Under the pieces are notes generated by a model. That model was not told where the DNA came from. It did not search any database and saw only the letters and a program-made list of their open reading frames with translations. Below, piece after piece: positions 31,587 through 46,800 of a stretch of DNA of 64,000 bases; position 1 is the first letter of the stretch, and each line of letters opens with the position of its first letter. Location: contig CAVOFT010000001.1 of the NCBI GenBank assembly GCA_963695095.1, positions 2,112,001 to 2,176,000 of the forward strand, written 5' to 3'. The DNA is from an uncultured bacterium (GTDB taxonomy: Bacteria > Krumholzibacteriota > Krumholzibacteriia > JACNKJ01). Made by a program: the position numbers and the translations under genes.

Positions 31587-32071
31587 GGCCGCAGCCCGGG
31601 CCCGGGACCGTCGGCGGCCAGGCCGACTTCGGTGAACCCGGCCGCGCGGCAGCAGTCGAGGGTCGCAACGATGTCGGCGCAGCGCACCGGATCGGCCACC
31701 GCGACGAGGACGCGTCCGGGTGCGGCGCCGCTCGCGCGCGCGGCCGCGAGCGCGGCGCCGAGCTCGGCCAGGTCGGCCGCGCCCGCGCGCAGGGGCAGGC
31801 GCGCGAGCAGGGCGTCGCCCGCCATCAGCGCGACCTCCTCGACGCCGAGCAGCACGGTCAGGCTCGGCGCTTCCGCGCCCTGGGCCTGGGTGGCCGGCGC
31901 GGCGGCGGGCAGCGCAAAGGTCTGGACCGCGAGATGGGAGAAGGCCGCCATGCTCACGAGAAAGGGAATGAGGATCGTGAACATGTTCAGCACGGGGATG
32001 ATGTTCAGATCGGCGGCCCCGGCCACGCTTGTCGGCGCCCCGGCGCGCAGGCGTGAAGTGGACAGAGGCAT
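31583..32071 (-). CDS. exbD: ExbD/TolR-family protein (Asn in place of the TM Asp)
   Basis: DLNIIPVLNMFTILIPFL TM helix; IVATLD..RAAGFTEVGL. Confidence 0.82.
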   Translation of the reverse strand: MPLSTSRLRAGAPTSVAGAADLNIIPVLNMFTILIPFLVSMAAFSHLAVQTFALPAAAPATQAQGAEAPSLTVLLGVEEVALMAGDALLARLPLRAGAADLAELGAALAAARASGAAPGRVLVAVADPVRCADIVATLDCCRAAGFTEVGLAADGPGPGLRP

Positions 32072-32153
32072 GGGCTGCTCCTCGATCAGCGAGCGCCGGC
32101 GCGCGGCAGCGGCGCTCCCTTCAGGCGGCGCCGGCAGTCCGCGCCGCGCGCGC

Positions 32154-32819
32154 CTAGGCCGAAATGCGACCGGCGACCACGCCCGAGGTCTCGGGGCGAT
32201 TCTCCAGGTAGTTGAGCAGGCGCAGCGCGCCGGCGTCGAGATCTTCCGCCCGCCGCGCCTGCATGCCGGCCAGGAGCGCGTGCGCCGCCAGACAGGGGAT
32301 CGCGATCAGCAGACCGAAGGAGGTCGTGTTCATCGCCTGCGCGATGCCCCCGGCCAGGACGGCTGCCTTCTCGGTGGCATCGGTCAGGGCCAGGGAGCGA
32401 AAGGCCGCCTGGAGACCGAAGATGGTGCCGAGCAAGCCGGCCAGGGTGGCCAGGTTGGCGAAGGTCTGCAGGTAGCCCAGCCGGCGCGTGAGGCGCGGCA
32501 CCTCGTGGATGGCCGTCTCGTCCACCGCCTGGCGGATCTCGTTCATCGCGTAGCCGTCGCGATAGCGCTCGATGGACACGCGCAGAATGGCGTTGAGCGG
32601 TCCGCTGCCCGCCGACACTGCACGCAGCGCGAGCTCCGACTGATCGGCGTTGAGCGCCTTGACCGCCGCCGGCACCAGGGCCGCCGCGCGATCGCGACAG
32701 ACGACGAGGTAGAAGTGCAGGCGCTCGGCGATCACCGCCACAGCGCTGCCGATGATGGCGAGGATGGGCCACATCATGGTGCCGCCGTCGGCGAAGTAGC
32801 GCGCCAGGGTGTCGAACAT
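32154..32819 (-). CDS. exbB: MotA/TolQ/ExbB proton channel protein
   Basis: GGTMMWPI, ATLAGLLGTIFGL, GIAQAMNTTSFGL. ATG 32819 has better RBS spacing than 32825. Confidence 0.92.
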   Translation of the reverse strand: MFDTLARYFADGGTMMWPILAIIGSAVAVIAERLHFYLVVCRDRAAALVPAAVKALNADQSELALRAVSAGSGPLNAILRVSIERYRDGYAMNEIRQAVDETAIHEVPRLTRRLGYLQTFANLATLAGLLGTIFGLQAAFRSLALTDATEKAAVLAGGIAQAMNTTSFGLLIAIPCLAAHALLAGMQARRAEDLDAGALRLLNYLENRPETSGVVAGRISA

Positions 32820-33033
32820 TGCCATCCTTTCGGGGGCGCTCAGGCGTGCAAGGCACCCCTCTCGCTACGGCCTGCGAGTTGCCCTTCGCCCCCTGGTCTC
32901 CCGGAATCCGCCCGCCCTGGATGCGGGCTCGGTGCTGCGTAGCGCGCCGCCGGCGGCGCGCAACCCGTGCCGCCCTCGCTGCCGCCCCGCTGTCGGCGGC
33001 ATGGCGACCTGGTGAGCACCACGCGTAGGGCAT

Positions 33034-33062
33034 ATTATCGCAGGCGCGGGCCGATGCGTCAA
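33034..33062 (-). promoter_or_regulatory. Sigma-70-type promoter of the exbB operon
   Basis: Minus strand TTGACG-N17-GATAAT, implying a ~200 nt 5' leader. Confidence 0.7.
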
Positions 33063-33149
33063 CCGCGCCGCGCCGCAAGCGCGCAAGCGCCTTGCGGCGC
33101 CGCACTTGCAGTTCCTCGCAACGCTTGCCCCAGGCGGCACAGCGCGGCG

Positions 33150-33431
33150 CTAGGCGCCCGGATCGACCTCGTCGTCCCCGACGCGCTCGACGCTGATGAT
33201 GCAGCTGGTCATCAGCGCGGCGAGGGCGCCGACCGCGGCCAGCACCGGTGCCAGCAGGCCGACCACCACCCCCATCGTGAGCGGGATCTCGATCAGGGGC
33301 CGACCGGCTTCGTTCTTGATCGTGATGCGGCGAATGTTCCCCGCATGCAGCAGTTCCTTCACCTTGGCCACGAGCTTGTCGCCGTGGATCGAGAACTCCT
33401 CGGTGTGCACGCGCTTGTCGGGCATCTGCAT
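33150..33431 (-). CDS. DUF4342-like small protein
   Basis: EEF..LVAKVKELLHAGNIRRITIK..LIEIPLT.G plus a hydrophobic C-terminus. Confidence 0.8.
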   Translation of the reverse strand: MQMPDKRVHTEEFSIHGDKLVAKVKELLHAGNIRRITIKNEAGRPLIEIPLTMGVVVGLLAPVLAAVGALAALMTSCIISVERVGDDEVDPGA

Positions 33432-33443
33432 CCTCTTTCAGGT

Positions 33444-37968
<4,525 letters not shown>

Positions 37969-37982
<14 letters not shown>

Positions 37983-40900
37983 GGCTCTCCAATCGCAGGC
38001 GCTGGCGAGGCGGCTCGCCCGATTCCTCGCGCAGCTCGTAGCGCACGCTGAGAGTGAGGTTGGCGCCCGCCTGGGCCGTTGCCTCCAGGCGCAGCATTCG
38101 CGTCCAGCCCGGCGCAGCGAAGAACCAGGGCCGGCCGGCCTCCGGATCGCCCTCGCCGTAGCTGCTGTGGCTGAACTCCCAGCGGCCCTCCAGACGCAGG
38201 CTGGCGATGGGCGTCAGGGTCAGCCCCGGCTCGAGGGCCAGGGCGCGCCGCGCCAGGCCGCGCAGGGCATCCCGCTGCCAGAGGGCCTCCAGGCCGGCCA
38301 GCGCGCTGAGCCGGCCGGCCAGGTGCTGGGTGCCCTCGAGGCCGGCCGCTCGCTCGCTTACCCGGTAGCTGCCGCCGGCGCCGAAGGCGGCCTGGCCGCT
38401 GCGGCGGCGCTCGGCCAGGCGCAGGCTGGCCTCCAGGCTGCTGCGCTCCCCGCCCCGGCGCGCGCGCAGCTCGTGGCTGCCCTCGCGCTCGCTCAGCTCG
38501 CCTGCGCTGTCGCGGCCGTCGAGGCGATCGAGCCGACGGAGCCGATAGCGCAGTTCCAGGCCGCCGCGGGCCGGACGCAAGCGCAGTTCCTGGAGCAGTT
38601 CCAGGCTCCCCAGCAGGGTGCTGCCCGATCGGCGGAGGCGGCTGAAGTCCAGGCGGGCGAGGCGCCAGGGCTCGGCGTCGCGATTCTCCTCGCGCAGGGT
38701 CAGGCGCGACTCGCTGCCCAGGCGGCGGAACCAGGCTCCCTCGCGGGCCTCGAGGCGCTCCAGCCGCGCTTCGAGCTCGAGGTTCTGCGTGCGCACCGCC
38801 TCCTCGGCCAGCACGCTCAGGCGCCGCCAGTCGCCCTCGCCCTCGCCGACGAAGATGCCGTCTTCATTGAGATCGCCCAGGCCCAGGCCGACGAAGACGA
38901 GTCGGCTCTGGCGCAGGCGCTGGCGCTGGCTGCCGAGGCGGTAGCGCGTCTCGCCGCCCCAGCCGCCCGCGCGGGCCAGCCAGCTGCCCCGCGCCTCGGC
39001 CTGGAATTGCTCGCTGTCCAGCCCGCCGCGGCGGCGCTGATAGTGGGCGCTGGCCTCCAGGCGGCCCGCGCCCGGCAGCGCGCCCTGGTGGCCCGCGCGC
39101 AGGCGGCGCAGGCGATCCGTCCCCGTGCCGGGTGAGGCGATGCGCTCCTCGCGCCAGCTCAGGGTCCAGGGGGCGGCCTGGCCCCGGCTGCCCAGGCGCA
39201 GCTCGACGGCGCCCCGATCGTGATTGCCGCGCTGCTCGGGAACGCGCAGGGAGTCCAGGCTGTCGGGTCGCGCCAGACGGGCCCTCGTCCCGTCCACGCT
39301 GATCGCGCGCAGGAGGGGCAGCGCCAGCCCGAGCTCGAGACGACCGTCCTGCTTCTCGCCCGCGCCGAGCAGGGAGTCCCGGCTGGCCATGGCGGCGGCA
39401 TCGCCGCGCAGGGCGAGGCCGCCCAGGTCCAGGCCGCCCGCCAGGGTGCCGCGCCGGCCGTCGAAGCGCTCGCCCAGCTGCAGGGTCTCCAGCGTGGCGC
39501 CCAGGCGCGCCTGGGGCCGCTCGCCCCAGTCCAGGCCCAGGAGCAGGCGGTCCTCGCTCAGGAGGCCCGGATTCCAGGGCAGGTTCCAGAGCCGGTACTC
39601 GGCGGCGCCGCGGCGGGCGCCTGGATAGCGGAAGCGCGCCTCCTGGCGTTCGGCCTCCAGGCGCAATCCGAGCGGTGCGCCGGCGGGCCGGCCCAGGCGC
39701 CCCGTCAGGCCGGCCCGCAGGGCGAGGCCCTGATTGTCGCCGTCCTGTCGGGACGAGAGCAGGTTGGCGTCCTGGTCGCTGAGGGCCAGCTCGAACTGGC
39801 TCGTGAAGCGCTCGTTCGCCCAGGCCAGGCGCAGGCTCTCGAGCCGATAGGCCTCGGGCAGGGCGAGCTGCTCGCCGAGCGCGAAGCTGCCGGCGCCCGT
39901 CGGATCATAGGCGAAGTAGCGCTCGCCATCCGCGCTCACCCCGGCCGCCCGGTAGTCGCCGGCGCCGGCGCCCACGTCGCGGAAGCGCAGGTTGTAGTCG
40001 CCGAGCGAGTCCACCCAGGCATAGGTGGCGGCCAGCGGATCCTCGGGATCCTCGTGCGTCAGCACGTAGCGGCCGGCGCCGGGCGCGAAGCTGACGCCGC
40101 CCGTGACGGCCAGGGCCGGATCGTCGCCGGCGGCGGCGAGCGCGGCGCGGCGCTCGGCATCGAGGCCGAAGGCCAGGGGGCGCTCGGGATCGTCCTCCTC
40201 GGCGAAGTGCAGCAGGTCCACGGCGACGGCGCCCAGCCGCCCGCGGGCGCTCGCGCCCCAGGCGCCGCGCTCCCAGCTCTCCTGCGAGTAGCGGAAGTCG
40301 ACGCGGATGATGTCCCCCTCGCTGATCGGCTGACCGGTGGCGAAGCTGAGCGTGCCCAGGTCGTAGTCGATGACGTAGTCCCGCTCGCGCCCGCGCGTGA
40401 GCAGGCGGCCGTTGAGGTGCACGCTCTCGCTGCCCGCCAGGACGACGGCGCCGTCGTCCCTGAGCGCGCTCAGCAGCTCGTAGGGCCCTTGCAGTCCCTC
40501 GCTGCCGCTGAACTCGAGACTCTGGAAGAGCCCCTGGCTCTTGGCGAGCCAGAGCCCCGTCGCGCCATGGCTTCCCTGCCATTCGCCCTGGATGCCCTGG
40601 AAGTCGCGCTCGAAGGGCGTGAGCACCCGCCCCGGCGCCGTGAAGACGAAGTCCCCCACGCGCGCGCGACCGGCCGGGCCGCGAATCTCGAGGAAGACCT
40701 TGTCCAGCTCGTCCAGGCGCTCGGTGTTGCCCTCGGGCTGGAAGGGCAGGTCGTCGTCGCGCAGCACGGCCTCGACGCGCGTGGAATCGCCGATCTGACC
40801 CTCGAGCTGGAGGCGCAGGCTCTGCTCGAGCGCCAGATTCTCACCCTCGCCCATGCGCAGCACCAGGGACTTGCTGCCGCCCATGTTGAAGGCCGCCGGC

Positions 40901-41380
40901 ACGGTCGGCGCGCTCCCCGCCGGCGACCGAGACCCCCGGCGGCGCGGCAGCCGCGTCCGCTGCTGTCAGCTCGGCGAGCAGGTCCTGCCAGGAGCGGAAG
41001 GGCGCCAGCTCGAGACGGCGCGGCAGATTCCCCGGACGCCGCGCCGCCCGCAGGCTGAGCAGGGCGCCGGGCGCGGCCTCGCTCAGCTCGAGCAGGCCGC
41101 TCGCGGGATCGAGCCGATAGTCGCGGCCCGGCTCGAGTCGCTCGCCGTCGAGGCGGATCTCCTCGCTGCCGGGCACCAGGGCCCTTTCGCCCAGATCGAT
41201 GCGGCGCTCCTCGGGCCCCAGTCGGCGGCTGAGCTGCAGGCTCAGAAGCTCCGCGAAGGCGCCGCCCGCGAGCGAATCCGGGGCCGCCGCCTGGCCAGCG
41301 GCTGCGGCGCCCGAGTACGAGAGCGAGAGACCGCAGAGGACCAGGAGACCAAGGCGCAGGGGGGCCGGCGGCAGGTGCAT
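37969..41380 (-). CDS. Large outer membrane beta-barrel protein with SprA-like motifs (+1 frameshift at ~40900-40965)
   Basis: The N-terminal part from ATG 41380 has a signal peptide and PGSEEIRLDGERL..DYRLD. The C-terminal part has PFQPEGNTERLDELDKVF, GSESVHLNGRLLTRG..DYVIDYDLGTLSF, many beta strands and ends in FF. Confidence 0.7.
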
Positions 41381-42258
41381 CAGGGCCCCTCGTCCCCCTC
41401 CGGGCTCAGGTCGAGGAGCCAGGCCGCGTCCGCGTCCTTGAGCACCAGCAGCGCGCCTTTGGGCTGGCGCCGCAGGCCGAGCTGCAGCTCGCCGCCCGCG
41501 GGGTCGTGGGCGACGAGGAGCTGATCGCGCTCGTCGACGGCCAGGGCGATGGCACCCGGCGGCAGGCCGAGGCGCCAGCTCCCCAGCGGATTGCCCGCGC
41601 CGTTGAGATGGTGCAGGCGGACGGGCCAGCCTTCGGCGAGGTAGAGTCCCCCTTGCTCGTCGGGACACCAGTCCAGCACGGGGCCCCGGTAGCCGGGCAG
41701 GCGGCGCGCCAGCTCCCAGGACTGCAGGCGCTGGCCGCCGCGGCTGAGAACGAGAAAGCGGCCGCTCTGCTCCTCGCTGATCCACAGGCGGCCGCCGCGA
41801 TCCGCGCGCAGCCCGCGCCAGAGGCCGGACTCGGGAAGGGCCCAGCGCTCCTTGGCTTCACCGCGGCGGCCCAGGCGCAGGACGGTCCGGCCGCCCTCGA
41901 CGAGCAGCAGCCAGTCCGGACCGTCGGCGGCCACCGCCTCGGCCCAGTCGCGCGTGGCCAGGTCGCTGCTGAGCAGGCGGCGCGGCAGGCTGTCCCCCTC
42001 GGGAATCAGGCGCAGGGCGCCGTCGGCATCCAGCAAGAGCAGGTCCCCGCCGAAGCCGCCGAGGGCCATGTCCCGCGCCGCCGCGAGCGGGATGCGCCCG
42101 AGGGTGCGCAGGGAATCCGCGCGCAGAGCGGTGCCGGCCCCATAGCGGTAGATCCGCGCCGCCGGTGCGAGCGGAGCGCTCCGATCGGGAGCAGCCGCGC
42201 CCGAGAGCAGGGCGGCCAGGGCGAACAGGTGAAGGCCTGCGGGGATCCCGCGCATCAT
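41380..42258 (-). CDS. Secreted hypothetical protein, NHL/beta-propeller-like
   Basis: Signal peptide; repeated blade-like segments (GRLWISE, GGLYLAE, LAVDERDQLLV); coupled to the downstream gene. Confidence 0.6.
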   Translation of the reverse strand: MMRGIPAGLHLFALAALLSGAAAPDRSAPLAPAARIYRYGAGTALRADSLRTLGRIPLAAARDMALGGFGGDLLLLDADGALRLIPEGDSLPRRLLSSDLATRDWAEAVAADGPDWLLLVEGGRTVLRLGRRGEAKERWALPESGLWRGLRADRGGRLWISEEQSGRFLVLSRGGQRLQSWELARRLPGYRGPVLDWCPDEQGGLYLAEGWPVRLHHLNGAGNPLGSWRLGLPPGAIALAVDERDQLLVAHDPAGGELQLGLRRQPKGALLVLKDADAAWLLDLSPEGDEGP

Positions 42259-42287
42259 GGCTCCTGCGTGGGGGCGGCGGCGCCGGG

Positions 42288-43124
42288 TCAGAAGCTTCGC
42301 ACCCAGCCCAGACGCAGCATCAGACCCTCAGGCGCCGGGAGGGCGCCGATCTGGATGCCGCCGCTGTCGCCGGCGGCCTCGCGCTCGAGCCCGCCCCGGA
42401 TGGCCTCGCGCTCCCGATGCAGGCGCCAGACGTCCACCAGGCTCACCACGCGATTCACCAGCAGGGCGTAGAGGGTGTAGGTGGCGCGGCGCTCGGCGTT
42501 GTTGCTGGCCTTGCGCTTCTCGAGGTAGGCCCCGCGCCTCGCGTCGCTGTTCCAGTCCCAGGCGAGGCCCTCGCCGATCTCGTTGTCGGCGATGTAGGCG
42601 TAGTAGTCGTCCGTGCCATAGCCGTACTCGCGCCGCGCCTGGTAGCGCAGCCACTCGTTGTAGTCGAGCCAGCTCGCATGCTGGCCGACGGCCTTCCAGT
42701 AGTCGTCCGGGTGCTCGCCGCCCGCGACGCCGGCGAAGACCTGGGCCATCTCGATGTAGTTCTCCCGGCGCAACCACTCCTGGGTCTTGAAGCTGCCCCA
42801 GGTGCCCCAGGTCGCCGCCTCGGCGCCCATGAAGACGAGGCCCCTTCCGGGCGCGCCCAGGTGGCGCTGGCCGAGTCCCGGCAGCAGCGCACTGCGCCAG
42901 AGCGCGCTGACGAGGCTGCGTTCACCGCTCGGCCGCTCCTGGATGCCCAGGCTGCCCTGCGGCTTCGGCTCGCCGCGCTGCCAGGCGAGGGGACGCGCGA
43001 GTTCGCCGAGCGGAGGCTCGGCCGCTCGGCTCGCTGCGGCACTGCCCGCCAGCAGGACGAGGGCGAGGGCCAGGATCGATCGCCGGCCGCACCAGGGCGC
43101 GTTCAGGGCTGCTCTGCTGCTCAC
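42288..43124 (-). CDS. Hypothetical envelope protein (S.LLPGLG family), paralog B
   Basis: Signal peptide, SALLPGLGQ..G, an aromatic-rich middle, RVVSLVD and a terminal beta strand ending in F. Confidence 0.7.
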   Translation of the reverse strand: MSSRAALNAPWCGRRSILALALVLLAGSAAASRAAEPPLGELARPLAWQRGEPKPQGSLGIQERPSGERSLVSALWRSALLPGLGQRHLGAPGRGLVFMGAEAATWGTWGSFKTQEWLRRENYIEMAQVFAGVAGGEHPDDYWKAVGQHASWLDYNEWLRYQARREYGYGTDDYYAYIADNEIGEGLAWDWNSDARRGAYLEKRKASNNAERRATYTLYALLVNRVVSLVDVWRLHREREAIRGGLEREAAGDSGGIQIGALPAPEGLMLRLGWVRSF

Positions 43125-43125
43125 G

Positions 43126-43890
43126 CTACCAACTCCTCGTCAGGGCAAGTCGCCAACTCGTTCCGCGCGCATCCCGGGGACTGAAGTCCAGACGCCAGGC
43201 CTCGTCCAGCCCGGCCCGATCGCCGCCGGCGCGATCCAATCGCCGCAACAGGATGTAGGTATCGGCCAGGGACACGACGCGCGCGGCGACGAGCGCGAAG
43301 ATGAAAGCCTCCGCGCGATCGAAGGCCCTGTTGCTGTCCTTGCGCAGGCCCGTGTAGAGGTAGCGGCGGACCGAATCGTCGCTGCCTTCATCGTAATCGT
43401 CCCAGCCCCAGCGGTACCAGTCGTACTTGCCCAGGTTCTCGTAGTAGTGCTGGGGATCCTCGTGGTAGGGCGCGAAGTGGCTCTCCATGTAGCCCTCGTG
43501 ATCATCGTGGAGAAATTCCATCGCGCTGGCGAGGGTGTCCGGCCAGGCGAGCGCCGCCCACTGGTCGTCCGTGACCCAGTAGAGCCACTCGGGCACGCCC
43601 TCCGCCTGCCGATTCCAGGCCGAGGCCCAGCGGGCCTCCTCCCAGTGCGCCTCGGCATAGGCCTCGTAGTCGTGCCGCAGCTTGAAGCCCTGGTCGCGGT
43701 AGTAGAAGTTGCCCGCCCAGCAGCCGGCCTCGACGGCGAACTGCCCGACGGCGCGGCCCCGATAGCCCAGGCTCCACTCGCCGAGACCGGGCAGGAGCAG
43801 CGAGTAGAGCAGAGGCCGGCCCTCGAGGGCGGTCGCCGGCGGCGCCAGGGCCAGCAGGGCGAGAAGCAGAGCGGCGAGGCGCGCCTTCAT
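43126..43890 (-). CDS. Hypothetical envelope protein (S.LLPGLG family), paralog A
   Basis: Start ATG 43890 overlaps the protease stop. SLLLPGLGE..G, QHYYENLGKYDWYRWGWDD, RVVSLAD, ends in W. Confidence 0.72.
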   Translation of the reverse strand: MKARLAALLLALLALAPPATALEGRPLLYSLLLPGLGEWSLGYRGRAVGQFAVEAGCWAGNFYYRDQGFKLRHDYEAYAEAHWEEARWASAWNRQAEGVPEWLYWVTDDQWAALAWPDTLASAMEFLHDDHEGYMESHFAPYHEDPQHYYENLGKYDWYRWGWDDYDEGSDDSVRRYLYTGLRKDSNRAFDRAEAFIFALVAARVVSLADTYILLRRLDRAGGDRAGLDEAWRLDFSPRDARGTSWRLALTRSW

Positions 43891-46800
43891 CGCAGCACCG
43901 CCAGTCGCCGCAGGCTGTGCTTGCCGGCGGACTCGATGCGCCCGAAGTAGACGCCGGCGGCGAGGCTGCGCAGCTCGAGCGGAATCTCGAAGGGGCCGTC
44001 CGTCGCCGCTATCGCCTCGCGGGTGAACTTGAGCTGGCCCTCCAGGTCGAAGAGCTCCAGGCGCACGCGCGTCCCGGCCGGCACCGCCGGATGGTGCAGC
44101 CGGCAGTTGCTCGCCGCGGGGTTGGGATAGAAGAGCCAGCCCTCGCTGTCCAGGTTCGCCAGGTCCTGGATCGGATGCTGGCGCTGCCAGCGCCCCTCGC
44201 GGGCGAAGCCGCCGCCGCCGGCCCCCCACTCCGGCGCCGCGGGCGTCGCAGCGCCCGTGAAACCGAGAAGGAAACCGTCGCGGCTGATCGCGAAGACCTG
44301 GCCGCCCAGGCTGATCAGATCCTGGACCGGCGCCGCGGCGAGCGAGCGGGGCGTGCCGAGCAGGGGCCGGCCGCTGGCGCCAACGACGATGAGGTGGCCC
44401 GAATCGCCGAAGAGGATCAGCTCGGCGATGCCGTCGCCTGTCATGTCGGCGGCCCGCAGGCCGGAGCCCAGGCGCATCGGCGGGTCGAGGTCGGCCAGCT
44501 CGCCCAGGCGCAGCGGCCAGTCGGCGTAGGCGAAGCCCTCGGGGCTGAGGCGGTGCACGCGATCGCCCGCGGCGAGCAGGAACTCGGGCTGGCCGTCGCC
44601 GTCCAGGTCCGCCACGGCCGGGTCGGCGCTGAGGCGATCGCCCGCCAGCGGCGCCGCGAAGCGGGGCGTCCAGCCTTCCTCGCCCAGGGTGACCGCGCGG
44701 CCGTCGACGTGGATCCAGAAAAGCTCGTCGGGGCTTTCGAAGCCGTCGCCGTCCAGGTCCAGCGGGCGGATCCAGAAGGGGCCCTCCCCCGGGTCGGGCA
44801 GGCCCAGGCGCGAGGTCGCCGCCGCGCCGAAGGGATCGACGAGGCTGAGCGTGTCGTCCACGGCGACGCCCACGCGCGTGCCGGCGGCGGTCTCCACGCG
44901 CACCAGCGGCGCGGAGACGCCCGCGCGCCCCCGCCGCGCCGGCGGGTCGAGGGACAGGGCGTTCAGCGGGCCCGGCGCCAGCGCGCCGCGCCGATAGCTC
45001 AGCGGGAGCAGATAGAGCAACTCGTCCTCGCCGAGCCAGAGCAGACGGGCGCTTGCCGTCTCGGCGTCGAGCAGGGCCAGCGGCAGCGAGGCCGGCGCCG
45101 CCGGCAGCTCGAGGCCGAAGAGCGCTTCCGGCACGGCGCCGGCGACCTCCGGCCCCCAGGCGAGCAGGGAATCCGAGGTGAGCAGGAACCAGGCGGGCTC
45201 GCCCAGCCCCGGCGCCTCGAGCAGGGCGCTGCCGGCCAGGGTGCTGCTGAGCCGGCGGGGCGGCTGCGGCGCCAGCGGCGGCTCGGCGTTGGCCGCGCTG
45301 CCGCTGAAGAGCAGATGCGTCTGCAGCAGGGTGTCGGGATCCAGCGAGTCCATCGCGTAGCCCAGCCAGAGCGAAGCGCCGTCGACGAGGGGGAGCAGGC
45401 TGCCCGCCGCCGGCAGCACGGCGAGCACGTCCGCCACCGCCTCGCGATCGTCGCGGGGCAGGCCCTCCGGCACGCCCGCGCGGGCGATGCGGAAGCTGAT
45501 CGTGGAGTCCACGAAGGCATCGCTCAGCAGATAGGGGCTCGTCACCAGCTCCGTGAGGCGGAAGCCCGAGGCCGTGCCGTCGCGCAGGCGCGTGTCGGGA
45601 ACGCCCGTCTCCAGCCACTCGGTGACGTTGCCCGTGTAGAAGGGATCGCGATCGCCGCCGCGCCACTCGAAGGAGTAGGGATCGCCCAGGTCGGCCGTGC
45701 CGTCGGCCTCAACCAGGCTCACGTGCTTGTCCCCGTCGAGATTGATGATGTTCAGCGGATAGAGCGTCTCGAAGTTGCGCTCGTCGACATGCCAGGCGAG
45801 CAGGCCCGACTGCGGCAGGAAGAGGTCGTACTCGCCGCTGTTCTCGGCGCTGTCCGGATAGGCGGGGAAATCCTTGGACACGAACTGGAAGACGCCCGTG
45901 TCGCCGTCACGCTTCACGTAGCGATTGCCCCGGAAGAGCAGCTCCTGGCGGTTCTCGAGCAGAAAGTATTCACGTTCGCTCAAGTCGAGTCGCAGGGCCT
46001 TGACGCCGCCGGGCTCCTGCACGTTGCAGGCGGTGAGCGTCACCTCGTGCTCGCCGCCGCCGGGCCGGGCGAGGCTAGCATCGCCCGCCTCCACCCAGCC
46101 CAGGAGCATGCGGTGCCAGATGGCGAAGCTCGTCGGCAGCGCGCCGTAGACGTAGATCGGGTTGTCCGGGTCCTCCGCGGTCTGGAAGCCGAAGAGGATC
46201 TGGTGGCCGCTGTCCATCAGGTCCCAGTAGCCCACGCTCGGCCAGCCCCAGTAGGTGTTGTAGGTGTCGGCAAGGTCGAGCTGGTGGCCGAACTCGTGGG
46301 CCGTGACCGCATTCAGCGCGCCGTAGACGGGCGAGGCCGGATCGGTGTCCTGCGTGGTGGTCTCGGGCAGGAGCAGCACCGAGCCGAGCGGGCGGCTGCC
46401 GCCGTCCACCAGCGGCGGATCGCCGAAGAAGATGTTGAAGCTGGGCAGATCATTGGGACTGTCGCCGAAGATGTCGTTCTGCAGATCGCTGCCCGCGTGG
46501 AACACCATGACGTGGTCGTAGTCGGCGAAGCGCGGGCCGCCGGCCTGTGCCTGCAGGGCGGCGTCGATGCTGTCGACAGCCGTGCGCACGAAGGCCTCGA
46601 GCAGCTCGAGCGTCCAGAAGTCGCCCGGCTCCCCCGGCCCGTAGTCGGCGATGTCCGGCAACAGGAAGAGCCCGCCGTCGGCCGCAGGCCCCGCCACGAT
46701 GTCCCAGTCGATCACCAGGCGGCCGTAGCTCTGGATGCGGTAGAACTCGCGCATGGCGCGCATGTGCGCATCGAAATAGGCGGCGTCGTGGGGCGGCGGA

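Noticed and set aside
32820..32940. Canonical SAM-I, cobalamin or Moco riboswitch call
   Set aside because: Only fragments match; there is no P2/kink-turn pairing and no B12 box. Kept only as an unclassified candidate leader.
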